From: Pseudovirgaria hyperparasitica
Lineage: Eukaryota
Length of the DNA stretch: 64,000 nt
Reading direction: 5' to 3' (one strand)
Assembly (NCBI GenBank): GCA_010093815.1
Contig: ML996572.1
A model generated the notes under the pieces. It was not told where the DNA came from and made no database searches. It worked only from the letters and a program-made list of their open reading frames with translations. The position numbers were made by a program, and so were the translations under genes. Positions 37,986-49,327 of this stretch are shown here, in pieces (positions within the stretch are counted from its first letter, which is position 1; each line of letters begins with the position of its first letter).

Positions 37986-38929
37986 GATGAATGGGGAGTT
38001 CAAGCGCCTTCCGCGCTTTTCCCTTTTCGACACTCAATCTGATCCGAAGAAAAAAGATGAAGTGAGAGCTGATCCCAAAGAAAAGGATCGGAACTCTCGG
38101 GGCGAAGATGAGGATGCAGGTAGTTGCAGAGGGAAAAGTGCGGTCGAGGTTGGCGGAAAGTCTGGTGACGACGAAATTAGGCAGGGTGTGGCTGCTCGCT
38201 TAATCTGAATGGATTGCCCGTTTGCGTCAAGTCGCACAAGGTGCCGCCCTCAATATGTTCGCAGGCAGGATAGTCAGGCAGCCATGCTTGATTGAAATGT
38301 TTATGTAGAAATTGCTTGTAACGAAGTAATGCAAATAGAGGAGCCATCATCTGATTGAGAGGCTGAAGATTTATTGCGTTGTCGCTCGACCTGCTATCGT
38401 TAAGTTTTAGGGCACCCCGCATGAAGCTACTACCAAGGTACGTTTCACGGCACATCATTCCATATAGATCAAACATTGTCCGGCCTTTGAACCCCTTCTA
38501 CTGTGTAGACGCAAGCACACTAAATGATGATTCTGACAAGCAGAAACACAGGTAAAACTGCACGTAACCTGCGCCACAGCTGTGCCAAGACACTGATGAT
38601 GAAGACGTTCGTTCTGACGACTCGAACGTGGTAAGAATGGTACATATATACAAATGGAACAAGCGTTTCGGCTGATTGTCGCTCACTGAAGTATGCTGAC
38701 CTTGAGCATGGTCGGAAAAACGGCAATCCGAGCCATATGTTCAATTGAGTGCTAAATTCTTTCATGACGCCTTTCCATGACTGTCCCTGTTCATTCATGC
38801 AGTCGTGAATTGTAATCGCGCTTCCCAAGCTTTTGCGCGCCGTATCTTTGCCTTTTTGAAACCGCCTCTGTCCATAAACGCCCGCTAAAGTCAAGCAAAA
38901 TCTGCAACCGCCCTTCATCACCCCTGCCT

Positions 38930-40399
38930 TTATCTCGACTCGTATTGGAATTGTGTTGGGAAGTGCATGCTTGCAGAGAGACCAAATGGATCTGCGTCTA
39001 GCATGGGATCGTAGGAATCGAACATCTGGTTGTTGATGTTCTGAAAATTGCCATTCGTATCGGTCGGGTGCATAGCGACCGGCGATTGGAAGGTTTGTGT
39101 ATTCGAATTCGGCACAGGTGGATTCGGTAACCCGTGCGGGGACTGTTGCGGTGCAAGTTGCGGCGTCGTGTAGTGATTCGGGAAAGGGCCGGGGCCCGCG
39201 GCATGTTCGGCGGGGTCTTGCTCGTCGAGCATATCGGCTTGGGCGTCGTACTCTTGCTCTGTACTCACGGAATAAGTCTAGGACGAACAGAGTTCTATGC
39301 CAAAGAAAGGCACGGGGGCGGGACAGCTTGCCGAGTTGATCCATATGACTCTGAAACGGTGAAGGGTAATAGTGCCCGGTGGCAGCGCTCGTATTACCCG
39401 ACATTACGTTGTTTCCTCCACTTGTCATACCACTTGGACTCTGTTGAGCCGTTATGACCGAGGGTCGCTGGGGCGGAGGCTGTATCTGGTTGAACTGGGA
39501 TCTTGGAGGTTGCTGCGTCTGTCGCATATGTTGCTGCGGGCCAAGGGGACCAAAGTTGGGAGAGTGTATGGCACTGGACACTGGCATGAAGTTGGGAGAC
39601 TTGGTTGCAGTCGTGGCTGGCGAGGACAGGTGTGAAGCCGATGTCGGCTGTGATAGCGGAGAACGGTTCGTCATAGCAACTTCATGTTGACCAAGTGCCA
39701 TTGCCGGTACACCTTCCAGCTTGTGTGGCATGCCTACAAGAGAACGACGCTGCCTATGGTTATTCATGATAGCACTACGCATGGGTGGCTGCGCAGGCGA
39801 TGTGTTCGCTGGGGGTGCCTGGACCGGGCCTAGATTGGGACTTCCAGTCTTTGCTTGCAGTTCGGCTTGCACGTCAATGCCTAGCATACCGTCAGTGACA
39901 TTCAATTGTGTAGATGTCTCGGGAGACGGTGAGGCAATATAAAGGACCTTTCTCTAGCAGGATTCTCTCCAGAAGCGAATTCTTGTATCTAAGCATAAGG
40001 CATTCGTCGGCGGCGGTGCGGTGATTCTGCTGCAGATTTTGTAGCGTCTCTTCATGGTGCTTGATGGTGCTTTCCAGCTGCTTTATATATTCAGTTCTTC
40101 GCTCGCGGAAGGCAGCCTGAGCTTGCCTGTTACGCTGCTTGCGCTCCTCGGAAGTAGCATATATCTGACAACGCTTTGTTAGCTGCAGTCTGCGAGACCT
40201 TGCTACACTAAGACACAAGGGGTAGGAATGAGCTCACGGGTTTACGTCCACCTTTACGCTTTTGCTGCTGAGGCTCTTCCTGAGTGTAGGTTTCGGGATC
40301 AGGTTCGGGAGTGGAGGAGACTGAGCCGGATGAAGGTTCGCGTTCTGGGTCCTTCTTGCCCACGGCAGAAGGCATGTCTTGCTGAGTGCTATCTCCCAT
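38930..40399 (-). CDS. meaB: bZIP transcription factor, MeaB-like
   Basis: KRKGGRKP|IYATSEERKQRNRQAQAAFRERRTEYIKQLE...ADECLMLRYKNSLLERILLEK|GIDVQAEL...YYPSPFQSHMDQL|EQEYDA...DPMLDADPFGLSASMHFPT. bZIP is certain; the meaB name is from my recall of this motif set. Start codon uncertain. Confidence 0.8.
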
Positions 40400-43069
40400 C
40401 TGCAGGAGAGGAACGAGTTTCGGGGGATATATTACGAGAGACCAAAGCACAAGCGGGCCTCCCGTCCGCGCAAGGCGAACAGTAGGCGCGGATATCGATA
40501 GGGCTGGGGCCGGTAGGGTTTGGTGGTGGTGGTAAACGCGCGTGCAAAGGGATCGTCCAGAGCGCCGGAACCTGGCAGTGCAAAAGCGTGTGTCGAACTG
40601 TTTGATAATGGAAAATAGAATAGCAAAGATAAAGTTGCAGAGGTGGAGAGAGTTAGTTGGCGTGAGGTAAGCAGTTGGCTAATGGAAATGTGAAAATGGG
40701 GTGTGCTGGTCCTGTCCTGTGTGTAGTAGCGGAGGCGGCGGGGGAGGGGGCGGATGGGGATGGATGGATGCCTTTTAATATCAGACCGGCCGTGAAGGTT
40801 GTGTTGTTTGTCCTTTTGCAGACTCCATCCACTCTCTCTCTCTATAATGAACAGTCCGACCGTTTCGACAATTCCGCCTCCCTTTGTGTCCTGGCTGGGC
40901 AGATGGCAGATGGCAGATGGCTACTGGCTAATGAGAGAGCGAGCAGAAAGCAGATGGCGGACTGCGGCGAAGGCACTGGCACCAACCACCACGTACTGCG
41001 ACTTGCTTCCCGTCTCAGGTGTATCCTCTACGACGTCGTTGTCGCTGTCGTTTTCGTGGTTCTCGTCCTCTCCTCAATCGATATTAGATCGTACGCCGAC
41101 AGTCTGCATCAAATGAAAGCGTGCCCCGAAAACAAAGGTCAGGACAACAGAATAAGCAATGGACAGGCCAACACAGGTAGCAAGACTGAAGAAGCGCAAT
41201 TGGTTGAGACATACGACGCCTCCCCAGTACAAAACGAGGTGGTGGAATGCAAATTTTCACTCGACTCGACGACTACCACTGCCGCTACGACGACCACGAC
41301 CACGACCATGGCCACTACTACTACATACACACCACTAATTACTGAGGGAACGACAGGCTCCTTTGGTGTGAATCGACGGCTCTGGCTGGGCAGAATGCGC
41401 GGTTTCACCTCCCGCGACAGGTTACATTTTCTAGGCCTGCCCCGCCTCCTTCACGTCCTCTTCATGCAAGCGAGACGCAACAGCATGCCATTTTGTGGCG
41501 CCTTTTGCCAAGGGTGCCGGAAAGAATGGCTGTAAAAGGGTTGGTTTTCTGCTTTCCTGGACGCTTCACCCGAGGTCAGCTCTCCCACTCCACGCACACG
41601 GCACTACAGTACGACGCTGCTCTTGCTGCGCTGCCCTCCGCCCGAACGAACGGGGTAAGCCGGGGCAAGGCTTTGATGCTGCCCTTAGAGCTGGGCAGTG
41701 ATAGTACCAATATTAAGTGCCCCGGCGCGCTCATCCGCCCAGCAGCCTGGATGTGCCGCTGCGGCGCTGCCGATGATGCTGATGCTGATGCTGATCCCCG
41801 TCGTCGTGCCTTGACTTATTCATGCCTCGTCCTGCCATCAATCCTCTCTACCATGAAGGCTACTGACAGATGCTGCGTGTTGGAGGCTGCAGCTGCACTC
41901 TTGCTAATTAATGTAATGGGAAAGGGTTCGCAAGCTGCTTGATGATCTGCAGACTGCAGCATCAAACCCCGCGTGGACCGTGGAGACCATTCGCTCTACC
42001 ACTTCATTCACTCTACTAACCTATAAAGGTAACCCACATTTGTGCTCACCTGTCGAATCCGGGCAATCTGCATCCCTATACCATGCATACATACATGTAT
42101 ACGGACACGGTTCGATACTACTGTGTACATAGTCTTTTGCTGACATCGCAGACGCGTCCAGAGCGTCCGTAAACTTGTCACGATGCTTGCATCCCAAGCC
42201 TCGATTCTCATCAAACTGCCAGTCAGTGCGCGTTAGCGGGCCTCGGCCGAACCATCCGGCGGTGAAAAGCAAGTTCAGAATGACCTTTAGCCCTGACTCT
42301 TCAAGGTTCACACCTGTGCAACATCGTCTCGTGCTGCTCTTTCGAATATCTTCTTGCAATCGGGCCTACTCTTAGACTCCAAATGACCCAGTCTTCGAAA
42401 GGAACCAAGAAGAAGAGAAGGAACCCAAGCCAACAGAAATGCAAAGTTGAACCTCAAATACTGATGGCTGGCGAACGTGTTCGGTCGGCCTGGCTGACCG
42501 AGTGTCGCAGGCCTAAGTCTTGACCTTCTGTGTGGAGAATCAGATGCATTGACTTCCTACTACACTCTACGGCGTGATATAACCTTGCGTAGCCTAGCTC
42601 CAATTCTTGGACGAACTTCGTTGAGCTGCTGTCATATAGTATTCCTCGACTAGGCCTGGCATGCGCTCCATGCAGTTACCGTGTGGAGAGCTTACAACTA
42701 AATTAAGAGGCAATTCCCCTATTCGAAAAAAGGGCGGGAAAAGCCCTTGCTCATACGGTCAGATAGGATGAAGTCGCATCAGTACATATCCACAACATGA
42801 TGAAGTGATCAAGTCTAGGTCCATTAGGCCGCCCTCAAGTATCTATGCTAAGTACCAATCGTACATAGAGGTGAGATATAGGTATATATGCTATTAGTGG
42901 CAGGCAAGATTGGTTGACACAGTCGACGGAAGGCACGACTTATCGTGTAGTTGCCCATTGTTACATCAGGCGTCAACAAAGGACTGATCTTTCCGAGTAT
43001 TGCCTCTCGATCGTCAATGTCGAGATAGCTGATCTTTCTGATTTTTTAGTCGCAACATGCCTTTTTTCC

Positions 43070-45929
43070 ATGTATCCGGTAAGAATGCAATGACGCTTTC
43101 GTCTGTCTTGATTCTGACATGCATGGATAGTTGCGATCAAATCCCGTCGCTCAAGGCGTAGGCCTCTTACCACCACCACATAGACTTGGACATGGTATTC
43201 TCGCTACCCTACTATGTCTACCGAATGCTAATCTTCCTAGAACCACAGCGTTCTGGCTCCATCAGAAGCGACCATTCTCGTGACAGACCTTCTCTTGATA
43301 TCCTGAATGACTATGTTCCACTCTTGCCTCCGGCTCCTTTACGCAGAAACGAACCGCAAGCAAATGAGAATATTCCCCCACCAGTCCCGAAAGCCCCTGT
43401 GTCCAACTGGGCGAATGCTCAGCGGCCTCTTTCAGACATACGAGAACTCACAGAACCTAGTCTTGTTGAAGACGCGAATCGAAGAAAGGCACCAGAGTCA
43501 GGTTTATTGCGGAACCTGTCACTGACAAGAAGAAGCTCTGTGGAGAACTCATCCAGTAATCGTCATGCTCGTGGTGAGGACTCTAGAGGCCGATTGTCCC
43601 CTCGTCGATCGCCCAGGAAAGACCAGGATCGCTCGAGCATCTACAGTATTCCACCAAACAATGTTCCTCCTCGCTCATCTTCACATCATCGTCGCGAGAG
43701 AAGCTCATCACGGTCAAGAGGGGGCCATTCTGCGCCACCACTACCGCCTCCACCATCAGCGAGACCAGAATATATAACGCGTAAAGGGCAGCCTAGTAGT
43801 CCAGTGAAAGCGACTGCTGATAGACTTGATCCGGTCACTTCTGAAAATACGCGACGAATCCCTTCCAGGACATTCTACCGCGAGTCTCAATTGACCGACA
43901 TTGCCGAGTTTCCCATACATCGACATCCACGGATCAACATAGAGATTCACCTTGGCGCATCGCTGTATGTAGGTGGGGGTACTATCGAAGGGACTGCGCG
44001 GATATCCATAGACGACGCGGAGCGAATCCGCCACAAGCGAGCTTTAGCACTGGCGCGTATCTCTGTTGATCTCGTAGGGATCGAGGAAATAACTGGTGCG
44101 AAGAAATCAGTGTTCCTCAATCTTGCAACGGAACTTGTTGACCCCGAAAACCCTCCACCTCACGGGATGGTGGAATCTCTGAAGCAAATTTCGGCCATTG
44201 ACACATTTTGGCACCTTGCGCCATCAATTTCCGTTCTACCATTTTCACTCAGCCTACCTTTAGATGTTGGGCCGCCCCCGTTCATATCTAGGATAGCACG
44301 AATACGCTATCTCCTGTCAGTGACGCTTTTGGTTCGTGATCAGGGTAAGCAATATCTTGTTCGGCAATCACAAGATGTAACAGTGATACCAGTGTACGAT
44401 CGTAAGTCTAATGTATCCGACATCACGGATCGTCAAAAGTAACGTTCCGATTAGCAGAAAAAGCCCTGATGTCTTTGCCAAGTCCTCTGACTGCTGAAGA
44501 CGAATTCATTCGGTCTCGAGATCATGGACTAGAAGTCATACATGTCACCGCTGGTCTTCATCGACAAGTCTGGGTCAGTGGTACAAGCATCTTCGTCGAT
44601 ATTCATGTGGCGAACAATAGTAGCAAGAATATTAAGCGACTGGAGCTGCAACTGGAGCGAGACATACTTTGCTACAAGCATGTGTGTCAAAGGTGTCCCG
44701 AATCTTGTTCGGTGGTCGCTAAACCTTGACTGTTTAGGCTGCTGCATCCACGATGGAAAAGTCTGCGAGTCAAGGCCGTATTTTCGATGCCAATGATCGA
44801 TCAATCCTTAGTCGGTCAATCACGAAAGCTGGAGGTGGTACATGGAGTGGGATAGCCGCGCACACCACCGAAATACGCACATGTGACCTCGAGCTGCCAC
44901 GTGGACATGCAACTGTAAAGTGTGGTACGTCGATCATATATTGCCCTCCCACCATGATGAACTGACGTTACACAGGTAAATTTTTCGAGGTCAGGTATTT
45001 CTTGAATGTTGTTGTTAGTTCTGCCCATACGTGAGACTGTCCCAATGCTAGCCCCTGAATCGCTGCTGAGGCAATAGCAGGAAACTCGTGACGATACAAC
45101 TACCAATCGTCCTCATTCATATGGTACGCTCTTGTCTGTTCGAATGCTACCCCGCTGGACTCACATAATCCAGAACAGTCTCGACATAGTGCCCAATTCT
45201 GTGGCACAGGTCGCTGCAGCCATTGAGGAGAAGCGCTCCAATTCCAATCCTGCCGATGACCCTCCAACCAGCTCTCCGCGTCTCCGTCGACGCCCGTCTG
45301 TTACCGTGCAAGGTCGGGCCTTTGCAGCGCCCCGCTTTCAATCCCTCGACCGAATGCGCTCTGAGACGGAAGTGATTCAACATCTGGGTCGCGATTTAGA
45401 GGCCAGTCCACGCAAAATACAACACTCCATACGCCGCGTACAAAGTAATTGCAATTACCGTACCGACCAGGGCTCGCACTCGCCGCCTCAAGCTCACAAG
45501 GGTAGATTTTTAGATTCACACGGCCAAATCGAAGGTACTAGTATTGGCGCTGATGTCAAAGCTCAATTGAGGAGGATGCGTAGCACGGATACAGCAAGGA
45601 GTAACCTTCAGTCTGCGCATTACCGGAAAGAGAGCTGTCCGGGTGTTACCACACTGCGAACGGTACCGAGTCTTGGGCTGCGGGACATGGGCAAGGAGAA
45701 CTTCATGGCAGGCACTGGGCCTGGAACTGGGACTGAAGCGCGAGAACAGAGAGATCTCGTTGACGGTTTCAAGCAAAGGATTGAAGAGGCGAAGCAACAG
45801 CGGCAGTTTCAATTTCAATTCAAGAAGAAGAAAAGTGGTGAGAAGAGAAGTGGACTCCCGGGTGTTGGGTGGCTAAGAAGCTTGGATAGGGATCGTGAAA
45901 GAGATGGAAGGGAAGGGAATTGGATATAA
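43070..45929 (+). CDS. Arrestin-domain protein, multi-exon
   Basis: Spliced start MYP|LRSNP...GH|EPQRSGS; HPRINIEIHLGASLYVGGGTIEG, LPFSLSLPLDVGPPPF, VTAGLHRQVWVSG, VANNSSKNIKRLEL, G|KFFEVRYFLNV, LPIVLIHM|NSLD (arrestin N/C sandwich). Confidence 0.82.
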
Positions 45930-46792
45930 CCTTCAATGAGACAATGAGGATGATATACTTACAATGATACGTATGTACTATACGTTTTCGACGTCCTTTA
46001 ATTGCCCGCAGCTACTTGCCCAACTCGGCCTTCTGTCAGAATTCACTTCGTAGCCGTCGCGTGCTTCGTCTCGTCGTTTAGTCTACGGCCAGACACGAAG
46101 AATGCCGTGAAATTGCAAAAGTGTACCGTAAACAATCACGTGATGTCAAAACTCTTGCCTCTTATGTCCATTCAATTAAGGCTAATTGAAGAGGAGAATG
46201 CCTGCATTGACCTCGTCGGCCGCTTCTCGGCGAGTTTTCATGGATATATCCGTAGAAATCTGTCCATATGAGGAACCTCTTTCCGAAGCCATGATCGCAG
46301 CGTTTGGTCTAAGTCAGCATCCTCTTGTTTGCATTAACGTTCTTTAAAGAAATGTCACAGTCCGACTGTGATATGCAGGTGCCAAGTAAGGTTGAGCATT
46401 ACGCGTATAAAACGCGCAACGGGGTAATACATTTCGCAAGTCGTGATTCGTTGGCATCGTAGTTCTGACGGACATCCCGCCTCGCATTCGCGATTGCCGG
46501 CATTTAGAACGCTACTCGAATCCTTGCGATGCGGGGGTGTCGTTGCTTACGGATGCCTTATGAATCGCCAATTTCAACGTCGTACGAAGTTTATACACTA
46601 CCGCATATGCCTTGTATTTATATAGTTGCAGACTAGTTCGTGACTCTACCATGAAATTGTGACTTTAGATGAATCCAAGGTCTCTCTGGTTTCAGACTTC
46701 AATAGCCTGGGATCTGCTATTGGAACCTCTTGCTAGACTGCTCTGAGGTTATACTTAGGAGTCAAGATTCGTACGAGGACTCAGCAAACGAC

Positions 46793-48619
46793 ATGTCTCC
46801 GGCAACGATCACATCTCCCGTGGTCATCATAGGAGCTGGTCCAGCCGGTGCTTCCCTGGCCTGTTTCCTCTCCTCGCACTCCATCACAGGTCTCATCATT
46901 GAGCTCAACAGCCACTCCGCAGACACCCCTCGCGCTCATATCACGAACATGGCCGCGCTCGAATGTCTGCGCGACATCGGTCTCGAGGAAACCGTCCTCA
47001 AGCTCTCTACACCTGACGAGAACATGTCGCACACGCGTTGGTGCTACAATATGGCCGGCCGCGAATACGCACGCATCCATTCCTGGGGCGCCGACCCTGC
47101 TCGAAAAGGGGAATACGAGGCTGCATCTCCCTGTAAACACTGCGACCTGCCGCAGACCTTGCTTGAGCCGGAACTCGTCCGCTATGCGACGCTGCACGGC
47201 TTCAAGATCCGCTGGGATACGGAGATGTTGTCCTTCGACGAGGATTCCTCCGGAGTGCTGGTGCGCGTGCGAGACAACATCACGGCAGCAGAATACCTCA
47301 TTCGAACTCAGTATTTGTTTGGCGCAGATGGCGCCCGCTCCCGTACGATCCAACAGCTCGATATCCCACTCATCAAAGCCCCTGGTGGGGGTCCTGCGCT
47401 TAACATCCTTTTCCGCGCTGATCTCGCTCAGTTGATGCCACACCGCATGGGCAATCTTCACTGGATTATGCAGCCGGATCGCGACTCGCCTGACTGGGCC
47501 TGGCTCAGCATCCTCCGCATGGTCAAGCCGTGGTCCGAATGGATGCTCATCGCGCTCCTACGCCCAGGCTCAACACTCTCTCAGAAACCAACCCCTGAGC
47601 AGTGCGCCACACACATAACGCAGCTAATCGGCACCACTAGCATCCCCGTGACAGTAGAAAAGATAAACATCTGGAACATCAACGACATCGTTGCTTCAAG
47701 ATACTCCTCGGACTTGGGCAGGGTGCATTGCCTGGGCGACGCCGTCCATCGCCACCCGCCCTTCAACGGCCTCGGCAGCAATACATGCATCCAAGACGCC
47801 TTCAACCTGGCCTGGAAAACCGCATATGTGCTCAAGGGCCTCGCACGTCCCTCACTGCTCAGCACGTTTAGCACAGAGCGACAACCCGTCGGCGCGGCGG
47901 TCGTCCGGCGCGCAAACGCCGGCATCGCAGCTCATGCAGATGTGTGGGACGCGTTCGGACTCCTCCTGCCCACACCCGCAGAGCGTACCGCTGCGATGGC
48001 CGAGTTGGAGGAGGACAGCGAGCAAGGGCGGGCAAGGAGGTTCAAAGTGCAAAAAGCGATCCACGAGACGAGGTACGAGTTCCACGGGCTGGGCGTGGAG
48101 ATGAACCAGACGTATGGCGCGGAGACGACAACGGCCGTGATAGCGGACGTATTTCCAACAGCGCAGAACGCGACCGACGAGGAGCGCATAGCGGCGAATC
48201 CGGACCAGGTGTTGTATCATATCCGTAGCACACTGCCCGGGCGTCGCCTTCCGCATGTCTGGCTCTCGCGACCTACGCCTGAAGGGCTGGTGTCTACAAT
48301 CGATATTGCAGGCCACGGGGTCTTTACGCTATTCACTGGCATTGGAGGTGCTGGTCCCTGGACTGCAGCAGCGGAAGAAGTTGGTGACAAGCTGGGCGTT
48401 GAGGTTAAAGTGGTGGATGTGGGCTGGGGGTGTGAGTGGGAGGACGTGTATTTCGAATGGGCGCGCATACGTGGCGTCGAGGAGGACGGATGTGTGCTTG
48501 TCAGGCCGGATCGATTCGTGGGATGGCGGTGTGGAAGGAGGGACGGTGCGAGTATGCTGGTGGGTGTGATGAGTAGTATTGTAGGGAGAGCAGAAGGGAA
48601 GGGACAGGTTGGGATCTAG
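46793..48619 (+). CDS. FAD-dependent aromatic monooxygenase (FAD_binding_3; 2,4-dichlorophenol 6-monooxygenase-like)
   Basis: GAGPAG dinucleotide motif, GADGARS, CLGDAVHRHPPFNGLGSNTCIQDAFNLAWK, PGRRLPHVWL, VLVRPDRFVGWR thioredoxin-like tail; intronless. Confidence 0.93.
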   Translation: MSPATITSPVVIIGAGPAGASLACFLSSHSITGLIIELNSHSADTPRAHITNMAALECLRDIGLEETVLKLSTPDENMSHTRWCYNMAGREYARIHSWGADPARKGEYEAASPCKHCDLPQTLLEPELVRYATLHGFKIRWDTEMLSFDEDSSGVLVRVRDNITAAEYLIRTQYLFGADGARSRTIQQLDIPLIKAPGGGPALNILFRADLAQLMPHRMGNLHWIMQPDRDSPDWAWLSILRMVKPWSEWMLIALLRPGSTLSQKPTPEQCATHITQLIGTTSIPVTVEKINIWNINDIVASRYSSDLGRVHCLGDAVHRHPPFNGLGSNTCIQDAFNLAWKTAYVLKGLARPSLLSTFSTERQPVGAAVVRRANAGIAAHADVWDAFGLLLPTPAERTAAMAELEEDSEQGRARRFKVQKAIHETRYEFHGLGVEMNQTYGAETTTAVIADVFPTAQNATDEERIAANPDQVLYHIRSTLPGRRLPHVWLSRPTPEGLVSTIDIAGHGVFTLFTGIGGAGPWTAAAEEVGDKLGVEVKVVDVGWGCEWEDVYFEWARIRGVEEDGCVLVRPDRFVGWRCGRRDGASMLVGVMSSIVGRAEGKGQVGI

Positions 48620-49067
48620 AAGTGAAGGAGGCATCGTACTGGTTTCTGATGACAATAGACACTACATTATACTGATCTAGAAATGAACGAGCGCATAAAC
48701 GTAGATTGTTTTCATCACAACACAACCGTAGTTCAATCAGCCATAGGCATCAACAGTAAAGTGACTTCCCTCTCGGTGTGATATACGAACAGTATCTTGA
48801 TAGAAGACGTACAGAGTTCCCATGGGATTGGATATTTATATAGCCAGCATGTGCTCGATTGAAAACGCTGGGTAGGGGTCGTCAAAGAACGCCAGGAGAA
48901 CGAGCAAGCACTTTGATTGCGGTCGTTGTCTACTATTATACGAATGATTGTATAAGCCTATCATCAAGGGGTATAGGGTCTTATCTAGGACGACTTGTAT
49001 AGCGTGATAAACAAGTACGTATAGGAGTGGCTTCGCCGGTCGCCGGTCGTCGGTCTAGCGGAACCAA

Positions 49068-49073
49068 CCTCGG
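49068..49073 (+). promoter_or_regulatory. Candidate FarA/FarB (CTF1) site CCTCGG
   Basis: CCTCGG ~255 bp upstream of the acyl-CoA synthetase ATG; a single hexamer, so weak on its own. Confidence 0.35.
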
Positions 49074-49327
49074 AGGCCGCTGCCCCAGCTTTTGCTAACC
49101 CAATTAGGACAGCTCCACAACACCGACTTTGCTCATAGTGGACGTAAGACGGTCCTATAACCGACGCCTGCAATGGCTCTTCTACTGTGCCGCAGTGCGA
49201 GCGCGCTGTTACGCCCTTGTATTCTGCGTATGTCTGCTGTCTTCCTCTTGTACACCCCATTATACCACAGATCGCCTTCAATTGTTGATTTTTTGGGCAG
49301 ACGGAGTTCCGCCCTCACATAACGACC

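Noticed and set aside
40675..41535. 286-aa plus-strand ORF with poly-Thr
   Set aside because: TTG start, built from simple repeats in the region upstream of the bZIP gene; no domain.
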